Of a DNA stretch of 64,000 bases, positions 43,680 through 53,259 are shown one piece after another. Position 1 is the first letter of the stretch. Each line of letters starts with the position of its first letter. The notes below the pieces were generated by a model. That model searched no databases. It saw only the letters and a program-made list of their open reading frames with translations, and had not been told where the DNA came from. The position numbers were made by a program, and so were the translations under genes. Origin of the DNA: Calditrichia bacterium (GTDB lineage Bacteria; Calditrichota; Calditrichia; JAJRVZ01); NCBI GenBank assembly GCA_963796965.1, contig CAWCNS010000004.1, forward strand, positions 608,001-672,000, written 5' to 3'.

Positions 43680-46070
43680 ATGAGTTTTATTTCCAGAGTA
43701 ACAGTGATGATTATGACTTTTGTACTGCTAACAGTTGCCATAGAAAGTAGTGGTCAGGACAGTAAGCCTGTTATAATATCAACTGTGACCATCGTGATAC
43801 CCTCCGGTAGTGATCATCAGTCAGAGAAAATAATGGCATTAGTACTTTCCGAGGAGATTGAGAAGCGCACAGGAAAAAAATCGATCATCTCAACCAATTG
43901 GCCGGAAAAAGGGGCAGTGATTGCATTGTCTTTATCCGATGAAGATCCGGGTTGGGCAAACTGGCCTGTCAGGAGTGGAGAAAAATTTGCAGAAAATAAG
44001 CCGGAAGGATATCGTCTTTTTATAGAGAAAACAAAAGAGGGACAAGCCACTATCTGGATTCTTGCTAAAGAAGGACGCGGTTTATTATTTGGAATTGGCA
44101 AATTGTTGCGTTCAATGGATTGGAGTAGTCAGGGGATACTATTAAATGAAGAAATGGACATCGCCAGTTCACCGGAGTATGCACTGCGTGGCCATCAGTT
44201 GGGATACCGTGCCAGGGCAAATTCCTATGATGCCTGGGATGTTGCTGTTTTTGATCAGTATATCCGAGAGTTAGCCTTTTTTGGTACAAATGCCATAGAG
44301 AATATTCCCTTTGAAGACAGCCGGCCCAGTCCCCATATGTCGGTTCCAAGGGACGAGATGAATATTAGATTAAGTGAGATCTGCTTAAAATATGACCTTG
44401 AGTATTGGGTTTGGACACCGGCAGATTTTGATCTAAATATTAAATCTCTGCGCGATGGGGCATTAGCCATACATAAAGATTTTTATGAAAAATGCCCGCG
44501 ACTGGACGCAGTGTTTTTTCCTGGTGGAGATCCAGGGGACAATCACCCGAGGCTGGTCATGCCATTTCTGGAAGAAATAGCAGCTCTGCTAAAGGTAAAC
44601 CATCCGCAGGCCAAAGTGTGGATCTCCCTACAAGGTTTTAATAAAGAGGAAACCACATATTTTTATAAATATGTGAAAGAAAATACACCTGTCTGGCTTG
44701 GCGGCCTTGTGGCAGGACCCTCCAGTCCGCCAATCCCAGCCTCCAGAAAACGGCTACCCCAACAATATAAGATCCGTCATTATCCTGATATTACCCACAC
44801 CGTACGATGCCAATATCCTGTCAAATGGTGGGATATGGCTTTTAATCTAACGTTAGGCCGGGAATGTCCAAATCCACAACCGATATATTATGCGATGATA
44901 CATAATTGGTTTGCTCCTTACACCGATGGTTTTATTACTTATTCAGATGGTATTCATGATGATGTTAACAAGGTTATTTGGAGTGCCCGGGGGTGGGATT
45001 CAACTATTGATATACGGGAAGTATTAAAAGACTATGCCAGGCTTTTTTTTCGATCTGATCTGAGTGAAAAAATTGCCGATGGTCTCCTCTCTTTAGAGAG
45101 TAATTGGCAAGGGCCTTTAAAATCAAACGGCTCAGTCCATGCCACCTATCAATTATGGAAATTATTGGAGACAGAGGCCCCAGAGTTAAAGGATAACTGG
45201 AGATGGCAGCTTTGTCTTTTACGAAGTATCTATGATGATTTTACCCGGGATCGATTAATTTATGAAAGCGAATTAGAGAGAAAAGCCACTGATATCTTAT
45301 TGACCTCGGATAAAATAGGATCCGGTTTATCTATGAAAAATACTATGGATGTTCTCAATGAGGCCGAAGCATATCCTGTTTCCCCTGGAAAGAGGAAACA
45401 AATTGATGAACTCTGCCAGGATTTGTTTAATTCAATTGGATTACAGACCAGTGTGGAAAAATACAATGCCAGCGGCGGGGAACGTGGCGCGATTTTAGAC
45501 TATGTGGATTATCCATTAAATAATCGCTGGTGGTTGGAAGATCAATTTAAGTTAGTGACTGAGATGACTGATGAGGAAGAAAAGATAAGTCGATTAAAGG
45601 AATTAGCCACATGGGAAAATCCAGGCCAGGGTAGTCATTATGACGATCTTGGTAATAGTGAAAAATCGACTCATGTGGTAAGGGGTGAGCGTTTAAATAC
45701 AGATCCAGAAATGAAACATGATCCGAATCCTGGTTACTGGTGGTGGAACAGTGGTTTTAGCCGGGAAAGGTTGTCATGGCAGGTAACGATGGACTGGCCG
45801 TTAGCAGTTCGTTATCAAAATCTTGATCCTTCTTCCAATTATGTGATTAGAATGAGTGGTTATGGACAAGCCCTAATAAGAATGAATGGCGAACGGATTA
45901 AACCATCGAAATTCAAAATGGAATTGGGAGATATAATAGAATTCCCTGTTCCCGCTCAGATTGGAAAAAACGGTAAACTTATTGTAACCTGGGACATGCC
46001 TCAGGATGAAGACCAGTTAAATTGGCGAGAGCAATCCAGAGTGGCTGAAATATGGCTTATAAAACAATAG
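43680..46070 (+). CDS. Secreted putative glycoside hydrolase, paralog of 27579..30005
   Basis: RGHQLGYRARANSYDAW, PGGDPGD, RHYPDITH, YSDGIHDDVNK, C-terminal VAEIWLIK. Confidence 0.65.
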   Translation: MSFISRVTVMIMTFVLLTVAIESSGQDSKPVIISTVTIVIPSGSDHQSEKIMALVLSEEIEKRTGKKSIISTNWPEKGAVIALSLSDEDPGWANWPVRSGEKFAENKPEGYRLFIEKTKEGQATIWILAKEGRGLLFGIGKLLRSMDWSSQGILLNEEMDIASSPEYALRGHQLGYRARANSYDAWDVAVFDQYIRELAFFGTNAIENIPFEDSRPSPHMSVPRDEMNIRLSEICLKYDLEYWVWTPADFDLNIKSLRDGALAIHKDFYEKCPRLDAVFFPGGDPGDNHPRLVMPFLEEIAALLKVNHPQAKVWISLQGFNKEETTYFYKYVKENTPVWLGGLVAGPSSPPIPASRKRLPQQYKIRHYPDITHTVRCQYPVKWWDMAFNLTLGRECPNPQPIYYAMIHNWFAPYTDGFITYSDGIHDDVNKVIWSARGWDSTIDIREVLKDYARLFFRSDLSEKIADGLLSLESNWQGPLKSNGSVHATYQLWKLLETEAPELKDNWRWQLCLLRSIYDDFTRDRLIYESELERKATDILLTSDKIGSGLSMKNTMDVLNEAEAYPVSPGKRKQIDELCQDLFNSIGLQTSVEKYNASGGERGAILDYVDYPLNNRWWLEDQFKLVTEMTDEEEKISRLKELATWENPGQGSHYDDLGNSEKSTHVVRGERLNTDPEMKHDPNPGYWWWNSGFSRERLSWQVTMDWPLAVRYQNLDPSSNYVIRMSGYGQALIRMNGERIKPSKFKMELGDIIEFPVPAQIGKNGKLIVTWDMPQDEDQLNWREQSRVAEIWLIKQ

Positions 46071-46082
46071 CCCACATAAAAT

Positions 46083-46142
46083 GGAATTGAGAGTGTAGAA
46101 TTAATGGTTGAATATGGATATTAGAGATTAGGAATTGGAGAT
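46083..46142. repeat. Family C degenerate 7-mer tract
   Basis: gaatatg gatatta gagatta ggaattg gagat. Confidence 0.45.
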
Positions 46143-46231
46143 GCCTCATCCTGAATCATACGGGTTGTGTAATACTTCAAAATAAAAGTAAAACATAATA
46201 AAAGTATGTTTTCCCTTTAAGTTAAGTAGAA

Positions 46232-46394
46232 ACATCCCCTGCCGAAGCCATCCCTTCGGGGCTAACCCCTTCCTCCAAAGGAGTCCCTTTGGGAAAAGGG
46301 GGAATAGATTTTGCTTATTCGAACAGATAATCACATTTTTCTGTAAAAATTAATTAATCCACAACAGCCCCAAGAAAGGGGTATAGGGGGTTGT
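46232..46394. repeat. Family D C/G-run palindromic element with two nested mini-hairpins
   Basis: acatcccct[gccgaagccatcccttcggg]gctaaccccttc[ctccaaaggagtccctttggg]aaaagggggaat ... gccccaagaaaggggtatagggggttgt. Confidence 0.7.
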
Positions 46395-46509
46395 AATTAT
46401 GAAAGATAGACTCTTTATAAATCTATATTGAGTTGTGAGAGATATCTGGACAAAATATTTTTATAATTATTAGAAGTTTCAATGGAATTAAAAAAACTAG
46501 AGGTATACC

Positions 46510-48846
46510 ATGAAACGTTATTTTTATTTGAGATCCCTGGTCTCTCTATTTTTAATGACAGGTATCATTCTAACATCTGGTTGTGAAAAAATGAAAAATA
46601 ATACTATCAAAATAATTCCCATTCCATTAACAATAGAATCTAGAAACGGAGAATTCAAGATCACGAATTCAACCCAGATAGTGGTTGCCAATTCTTCCGA
46701 AAAACTGAGGCCCGTTGCTGAGTATCTTGCTGCCCAAATAAAAACTGCCAGTGGTTTCGATCTGATGGTTTCCATTAATCAATCCGAAACTGATATAAAG
46801 GATCAGATAATTTTCAGTTCAGAGGGTAACGATCCGGATCTTGGCGAAGAAGGATATATATTGAATTGTACAAAAAGTGCTATTGAAATAATTGGTGCGC
46901 CTGCAGGGGCTTTCTATGCCGTCCAAACTCTTTTCCAATTATTGCCTGCTGAGATATTTTCTTCAAATAAACCGCAGGAGAAAATAGACTGGATTGTTCC
47001 TGCCGCTCGTATAGAGGATAAGCCGCGCTTTGTATGGCGGGGGATGCATCTGGATGTTTGCCGGCATATGTTTCCTGTTGAATTCATCAAGCGTTATATC
47101 GATTATCTGGCCATGCATAAGTTTAATAAATTTCATTGGCATCTGACTGACGACCAGGGTTGGCGGATTGAAATTAAAAAGTATCCACGTCTTACGGAAA
47201 TTGGTGCCTGGCGGGATGCTACATTAGTCGGCCATCTTGGAAAGAAACCGCATACGTTTGATAATATTCGCTATGGTGGGTTTTATACGCAGGATGAGAT
47301 CCGGGAAATTGTACAATATGCCCGTGAAAGATTTATTACTGTTGTACCGGAAATTGAAATGCCTGGCCATTCAATTGCTGCCCTGACCGCATATCCGCAT
47401 CTGTCCTGTACCGGCGGTCCTTTTAAAGTGCGCCAGATTTGGGGGATAGAAGATAATATCTACTGTGCCGGCAATGAAGAAGTATTTACCTTTCTTGAAG
47501 ATGTTTTAACCGAGGTCCTGAGCTTATTTCCCTCTGAATATATACATATCGGAGGTGATGAGGCACCAAAGATTTTTTGGAAAGAATGTTCAAAATGTCA
47601 GAAGCGGATAAAAGATGAGAATTTAAAGGATGAGCATGAGTTGCAGAGTTATTTTATAGGCAGGATAGAAAAATTTTTAAATTCAAAAGGACGGCAGATA
47701 ATTGGCTGGGATGAAATCCTGGAAGGTGGTTTGGCTCCAAATGCAGCGGTCATGTCCTGGCGAGGTATTGAAGGAGGGATTGAAGCAGCAAAATTAAAGC
47801 ATAATGTGGTGATGACCCCATCCAATTATTGTTATTTTAATGATTATCAATCAGACCCAAGTCTTGAACCGTTAGCTATCGGTGGTTATTTACCATTGGA
47901 GAAAGTTTATGAATATGAACCTATCCCTGTTGAATTATCACCGCAAGAAGTAAAATACATCCTGGGTGCACAAGGTAATGTTTGGACCGAGTATATAAAA
48001 ACACCTGAAGATGTTGAATATATGGCTATCCCAAGAATGTCCGCTCTGGCCGAGGTTGTCTGGTCAAAAAAAGAAAACAAGGATTTCAATGATTTCCTCA
48101 AAAGAATGTCTTTTCATTATAATCGTTTAGATGCCAAAGGCGTGAATTACCATTGGCCATCTTTGACTGGATTTTCGAAAAACAATGTCTTTATTGATAA
48201 GAAAAAGATTGAAATTAAAAATCAGCGGAAGGGCTCATCTATTTATTATACGTTAGATGGAAGTGAGCCATCGGAGGCGTCGACTCTCTATGATAAACCC
48301 ATAATCTTTACTGAAACAACCACTCTTAAAGTGAGAGAATATATGCCAAATGGCAGAGCGGGCCGTACTTTTGAAGGGAATTTTGTTAAGAGTGTACCCT
48401 TGAAGGCATCAAAAACCCAGGGATTAGAACAGGGTGTTCAGTACAATTTCTTCGAATTTGATGAACCAATCCATTCAATTAATGACTTAGTTGGATTAAA
48501 ACCCAATGATTCCGGCACTTTACAATCGATCATCTTTCCGGAAATAGAATTACCGGAGTATTTTGGTCTTATAATTTCCGGTTACATTGAGGTGCCAAAG
48601 ACCGGTGTTTACACATTTTATGCAGAGTCCAATGATGGTAGTGGCCTTTATATTGGTGAAAACCTGGTGGTCGATAATGATGGATCTCATGGGGCAGTAG
48701 AACGTTCCGGCCAGGTGGCTTTGGAAGCGGGTGTTCATCCAATCAAGGTAAGCTACTTTCAGGAAGGCGGGGCAAAAGCCCTTAAAGTATCAATAAAAGG
48801 TCCTGATCTGGATAAAAGGGAAATTCCAGTAGGCATGTTTTATTAA
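46510..48846 (+). CDS. GH20 beta-N-acetylhexosaminidase lipoprotein with FN3-associated and PA14 tail
   Basis: Lipobox LTSGC, RGMHLDVCRH, HWHLTDDQGWR, PEIEMPGH, catalytic HIGGDE. Tail IYYTLDGSEP and ESNDGS. Confidence 0.95.
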   Translation: MKRYFYLRSLVSLFLMTGIILTSGCEKMKNNTIKIIPIPLTIESRNGEFKITNSTQIVVANSSEKLRPVAEYLAAQIKTASGFDLMVSINQSETDIKDQIIFSSEGNDPDLGEEGYILNCTKSAIEIIGAPAGAFYAVQTLFQLLPAEIFSSNKPQEKIDWIVPAARIEDKPRFVWRGMHLDVCRHMFPVEFIKRYIDYLAMHKFNKFHWHLTDDQGWRIEIKKYPRLTEIGAWRDATLVGHLGKKPHTFDNIRYGGFYTQDEIREIVQYARERFITVVPEIEMPGHSIAALTAYPHLSCTGGPFKVRQIWGIEDNIYCAGNEEVFTFLEDVLTEVLSLFPSEYIHIGGDEAPKIFWKECSKCQKRIKDENLKDEHELQSYFIGRIEKFLNSKGRQIIGWDEILEGGLAPNAAVMSWRGIEGGIEAAKLKHNVVMTPSNYCYFNDYQSDPSLEPLAIGGYLPLEKVYEYEPIPVELSPQEVKYILGAQGNVWTEYIKTPEDVEYMAIPRMSALAEVVWSKKENKDFNDFLKRMSFHYNRLDAKGVNYHWPSLTGFSKNNVFIDKKKIEIKNQRKGSSIYYTLDGSEPSEASTLYDKPIIFTETTTLKVREYMPNGRAGRTFEGNFVKSVPLKASKTQGLEQGVQYNFFEFDEPIHSINDLVGLKPNDSGTLQSIIFPEIELPEYFGLIISGYIEVPKTGVYTFYAESNDGSGLYIGENLVVDNDGSHGAVERSGQVALEAGVHPIKVSYFQEGGAKALKVSIKGPDLDKREIPVGMFY

Positions 48847-48902
48847 CATGATCGAATAAAAGTGGATGATGCGGATAATTGAGTTCGGCGCGATTTTCTT
48901 TT

Positions 48903-48981
48903 TTACCACAAAGGGCACAAAGTATCCGCAAAGAACACAAAGTTTTCTTTATTTTAGTTATCTTTGAGCACTTTGTGGTAA
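48903..48981. repeat. Family A element (CACAAAG subtype) between convergent genes
   Basis: ttaccacaaagggcacaaagtatccgcaaagaacacaaag ... ctttgagcactttgtggtaa. Confidence 0.8.
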
Positions 48982-49023
48982 TATATATCCCTGAAGATCA
49001 TTTTCATCCGCGTTCTATGAAAG

Positions 49024-50274
49024 CTATTCAGTCCATTCGGGATTTATTATTTTTCCCATGAATAATACTGACCCTGACTGTCTTTCTCTTATTACAAACA
49101 CAAAGGGTCTATCGACCCGCATCGATAAACCAGCTGGTGGATCAATTGAGGTAGTTCTCATTTCTACCACAGTAACGGCTGCTGCTTCCGTTCCCTCTTC
49201 ATCGACTTGTACGAAAGTTTTGTGTAGCACACGGCTTATATATAATTCCCGGTTTTCAATGATACGACTAAAATCCGCCTTTTCGGCATCAAAAGCTTCG
49301 TCCATGCCAAGTTTCTTTAAAACTGCATTGAGGGTTTTTTTATATTCCAGTTTAAACTTAGGCAAATCGAGAGATACGCCTGTTGTATCCAGTTGATCGA
49401 TATATCCTTGCCATTTGGTGATATTTAGATTAGCAACATAATCATCAATATCTACGTTTTTTCGAGGCAAGATCACGGTCATGCTAAAGTTGCCAGCACC
49501 ATAGGGTAGGTCGACCATCTGAACAACTTCATCAGCATAATAGTTGAGATCACCTTCAATATGCATCAACTGACATTTACTCGTCTGATTCATAGGCATA
49601 TAAAAAAGTTCTTCTGATGTTTTTTCTTTATCAAATTCATATTGCCATGTGCCTTTGAAGTAAATGGCGTTTATAAGAAACATCAGAGTCATTGGGTCAA
49701 TTTCATCTATTACTTCAGTAATTTTCCCATGAGTTTTATTTTTGACCCAGTCATTGATTTCTATAACGGTTTTTGGATCATTAAAATCTTTAGCTAGAAC
49801 TGTAGCATCGAAATAGGTACGATTTTTTTCTAGAAATATTGGATTAAAAGAAAATTGCTTGCGGTACCAAATAGAATTGGCAATTTCAAACAATACTTTG
49901 GGATCGGCCTGAGTTAACAACAAAATCAGACTTTTATAGGCCTTATTTATTTGATCTTCATTAAGACCGTTAAATCCAAGCGTTTGTTGCATGACGGTGT
50001 AAGTGCTGCTGTCGGCACCGTTCATAGTCATTCCCAAAGCCATGGAAACACTGAGCGGTGAAATAAAGAAATTCTTTTCTTCTTCAACCTCAGATATGGC
50101 CTTAAATAATTCAATACCAAAATCCCCGGAAACGTTGGCAAGATATTGTTCTTCTGTAGTTAATGAACGTATTGGTTGTGGTTGCTCCGTCATAAGTGGC
50201 GACATATCTTTACTGCAGGCTGTCATAAATAATGAGATTAAAATCAGTATAAAACAGATCGATTTAATTATCAC
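49024..50274 (-). CDS. Serpin (serine protease inhibitor) lipoprotein
   Basis: Lipobox FMTAC, NFFISPLSV, NAIYFKGTW, hinge EEGTEAAAVT, DRPFVFVIRE, LFMGKI. Confidence 0.96.
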   Translation of the reverse strand: MIIKSICFILILISLFMTACSKDMSPLMTEQPQPIRSLTTEEQYLANVSGDFGIELFKAISEVEEEKNFFISPLSVSMALGMTMNGADSSTYTVMQQTLGFNGLNEDQINKAYKSLILLLTQADPKVLFEIANSIWYRKQFSFNPIFLEKNRTYFDATVLAKDFNDPKTVIEINDWVKNKTHGKITEVIDEIDPMTLMFLINAIYFKGTWQYEFDKEKTSEELFYMPMNQTSKCQLMHIEGDLNYYADEVVQMVDLPYGAGNFSMTVILPRKNVDIDDYVANLNITKWQGYIDQLDTTGVSLDLPKFKLEYKKTLNAVLKKLGMDEAFDAEKADFSRIIENRELYISRVLHKTFVQVDEEGTEAAAVTVVEMRTTSIDPPAGLSMRVDRPFVFVIRERQSGSVLFMGKIINPEWTE

Positions 50275-50540
50275 AGGATTTCCTCGGTTTAGTACTATGA
50301 TTATAAAAGAATTTTAATGTGATGTCAAGGATAGTTCTATTACATATTCACGCTTTACTCAGTCAACAATATAGATAAACGAAAAAAACAGATAAATGTT
50401 CAATGGTCTAAGTATGGAAGATTGAAACTTCCATTGTCGAACTTTTGATAATCGAAGGTGAAATTTGTAAATTATTTTAATTTTTACAGATATACTTCAT
50501 GCAAATACTCCCACCAGTAGACGAAATGATCTGATAATAA

Positions 50541-50786
50541 ATGTATAGGAGATTTATTATGATAGGATTGTCTAACTTATTTATAAACAAAAGAATAAAT
50601 TTGCTCTTAAATATTTTATTATTATGTCCTATCCTCGCTTTTACACAAAATGATAAAGTAATACAAGCATTTGAGCCTCATCCTGTCGTAGAATTGGATT
50701 CCTGGCAAGTTCATACCGGAGATCTGTCAGTTGAAGAAGTATTTGCTGATAATCCTTATTTCCAACATTGTGGAAATATAAAATAA
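50541..50786 (+). pseudogene. Short signal-peptide-bearing fragment, probably the remnant of a larger secreted enzyme
   Basis: Signal-like LLLCPILAF followed by about 45 aa, ending 12 bp before a lone family A right end. Confidence 0.35.
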
Positions 50787-50798
50787 TATGAAATTCCA

Positions 50799-50835
50799 TT
50801 GCGTGCTTAGCGCCTTCTTTGCGTCCTTGCGGTTA
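50799..50835. repeat. Family A right end (CTTTGCG subtype)
   Basis: ttgcgtgcttagcgccttctttgcgtccttgcggtta, only 2-3 mismatches to 13403-13439. Confidence 0.85.
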
Positions 50836-50860
50836 GAATCTTTTAGTTGAAAGGAATGAT

Positions 50861-52153
50861 ATGTCAAAAATTAGTTCGATGTTAATTGTTGCCCTAATAA
50901 TGGGATTAGGTTGGGCCATTCGCGGTCATTTTGGGCATGAATGGGGGGCTTCCTGGGCGGGAGGTATGGGCGGATTGGCTGTGTTACTTATAGCCAGAAG
51001 AAAGGACTGGGCGGCAAGATTACCTGTGTTAACCGCTCTTAGTGCCATTGGCTGGGCTGTTGGTGGGATGATGAGTTATGGCATCGTTATCGGATATTGT
51101 CGTGGAAACGATTTCGGCAATGTTTTATATGGCTATGTTATGCTCGCAGTAATCGGGGGTTTATATGGTTTTATTGGCGGTGGTATGTTTGGCCTGGGGC
51201 TCGAGTCAACAGAAGAAAAAAAACCTCGTTGGGCATCACTTGTCACGGAAATGGTTGCCGGAGCCTGGGTTGTCTGGGGCTTAATCGCCTATCAACTGGA
51301 ATGGTTTATGACCCCTCCCCGTTCAGAACTCTGGGCTGCCTGTCTCGGTGCTGCCCTGGCCTTAGCCTGGCATTTATATCGCGAAGGGTTCTTCCGGTCA
51401 TTTCGGGTAGCTGTGTATGCCGGCCTGGGAGCAGCTATTGGATTTTCGTTTGGAAATTTTATTCATACAATCGGTGCTGTCAGTGGAATCAATTATAACT
51501 GGTGGAATGTGATGGAATTTATTCTCGGCTTTTGTGGTGGCTTGGGAATGGCCTATGCGGTTCTTACCCATGATTGGCCTGAAACAATAAAACCATCTAA
51601 AATTGCCAATTGGATGGCCGTACTCTTCGTTGTAGTCGCTATTCCGTTAACCAATTTGATTGAGGCTTTTCATACAAAAAGGTTGGAGAATCTTGCTGCA
51701 AACTTGAAAATGTCAGATCCTGCCGTATTTGTTGATTATCAGAGATTAATTGGCTTTGTAATCTTAATAATATTTACCATATTTGCTGTCATCTTTTGGC
51801 ATCGGGCGGAGAGAAACAAATTAAATATGGTTAATTCGCTTCTGCCACTTTCTCTCTTCGCTTATTCTACTTATTATATGGTATATGGATTTATGGTAAA
51901 AGGTTTCTTCTACCGAAGCCTCAGTATTAGCGACTCGGATGCTCTTTATATTCCTGTATTATTATGTGCCCTTATTTTATGGTTCATCTATCGTAAAAAA
52001 GATGTGATATTGCCAATTATAGACAGCAGGGTAGAAACAGAAAAAACGTGGATCCTTATAACAGTTGGAGTGATTTTAATGTTTGTAATTATTACATTAA
52101 TATCGATTAACATGCACCCCGGACTTCCGGGTTTTCATGAAAGATTTAAATAG
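50861..52153 (+). CDS. Polytopic membrane protein of unknown function
   Basis: About 12-13 hydrophobic segments, with Gly-rich motifs GWAIRGHFGHEWGA and NWWNVMEFILGFCGG. Confidence 0.75.
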   Translation: MSKISSMLIVALIMGLGWAIRGHFGHEWGASWAGGMGGLAVLLIARRKDWAARLPVLTALSAIGWAVGGMMSYGIVIGYCRGNDFGNVLYGYVMLAVIGGLYGFIGGGMFGLGLESTEEKKPRWASLVTEMVAGAWVVWGLIAYQLEWFMTPPRSELWAACLGAALALAWHLYREGFFRSFRVAVYAGLGAAIGFSFGNFIHTIGAVSGINYNWWNVMEFILGFCGGLGMAYAVLTHDWPETIKPSKIANWMAVLFVVVAIPLTNLIEAFHTKRLENLAANLKMSDPAVFVDYQRLIGFVILIIFTIFAVIFWHRAERNKLNMVNSLLPLSLFAYSTYYMVYGFMVKGFFYRSLSISDSDALYIPVLLCALILWFIYRKKDVILPIIDSRVETEKTWILITVGVILMFVIITLISINMHPGLPGFHERFK

Positions 52154-52172
52154 TATTCTAACTGTATATATT

Positions 52173-52222
52173 TGTAATTGGTAATTGGTAATTGGCATTT
52201 GGTAATTAGGAATTGGGAATTG
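52173..52222. repeat. Family C 7-mer tandem array, 7 units
   Basis: tgtaatt ggtaatt ggtaatt ggcattt ggtaatt aggaatt gggaatt. Confidence 0.85.
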
Positions 52223-52316
52223 TGATAATCATGTAACTTTTTATTCATTAAAAAGGGATATTTACTTTATAGTAGATATAATTAAACACTACAAAGATAA
52301 AAATTGGAGTAATTAA

Positions 52317-53111
52317 ATGGTAAATTTAAAAATTTGTATTTGGCAGATTTTGGTTTTTATTGCTCTGCTTCTATTAAATTCTTGTGGAGATTCAAGCCAA
52401 ACCAAAACCCAACCGCAGGCGAAGTTTAATGTTCTAACGGATGCAGAAAAATCTGAGGGCTGGATTTTATTATTTGATGGCAATTCATTTGAAGGTTGGC
52501 ATGGTCTTGGACAAGCCGAATTCCCATCTACTCATTGGATAATAAATAATGGTACAATTCAACGCGTCGCAAAAGAAAATGTGCCGGTTATGGCTGATGG
52601 TAAACCTGCACCTGGCGGAGATATCATCACTGATCAGGCCTGGAAAGATTTTGAATTCTATTTTGAGTGGAAGGTTTCACCGGGCAGCAACAGCGGAGTG
52701 AAATATAATGTTTCTGAGGAGTTCTCTGCTTCACGTGGATCCGGGCGTGGTGCCTTAGGTTGGGAATACCAGGTCATAGATGATAAAAATTATAAAGGTG
52801 AATTAAGACCCAATCATCAGGCAGGTGGTTTATATGATATGATCCCTGCTATGAATAAAACCTTAAAACCCGTTGGTGAGTGGAATAGTTCAAAAATCGT
52901 TTTTATCGGAAGCCGCGGCGAGCATTGGTTGAATGATGTAAAAGTCGTGGAGTATGATATGGACACAGCGGAGTTTGAAGCACTGTATGCTAAGAGTAAA
53001 TATTTTAAAATTCCAACTTTTAAAGATAAAAAAAAGGGACATATTGTTCTGCAGGACCATGGGGATGCAGCCTGGTATCGTAATCTAAAATTGAGACCTG
53101 TTTCAAAATAA
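52317..53111 (+). CDS. DUF1080 (3-keto-disaccharide hydrolase/hydratase family) lipoprotein
   Basis: Lipobox LNSC, GWILLFDG, NSGVKY, EYQVID, GEWNS, EHWLN, GHIVLQDHG..WYRNLK. Confidence 0.92.
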   Translation: MVNLKICIWQILVFIALLLLNSCGDSSQTKTQPQAKFNVLTDAEKSEGWILLFDGNSFEGWHGLGQAEFPSTHWIINNGTIQRVAKENVPVMADGKPAPGGDIITDQAWKDFEFYFEWKVSPGSNSGVKYNVSEEFSASRGSGRGALGWEYQVIDDKNYKGELRPNHQAGGLYDMIPAMNKTLKPVGEWNSSKIVFIGSRGEHWLNDVKVVEYDMDTAEFEALYAKSKYFKIPTFKDKKKGHIVLQDHGDAAWYRNLKLRPVSK

Positions 53112-53259
53112 TATGATATTCCAATTATACGTTTTTCACAATTTTGTAGACTTCATATCGGAGAAATATTAGGAGTAAATATATTCACGTGGTCCTTTAT
53201 CCATTTTCCCTTTTTGGAAAAACAACAAAAAACACACTGACATAAAAATGGAGAAAAAC

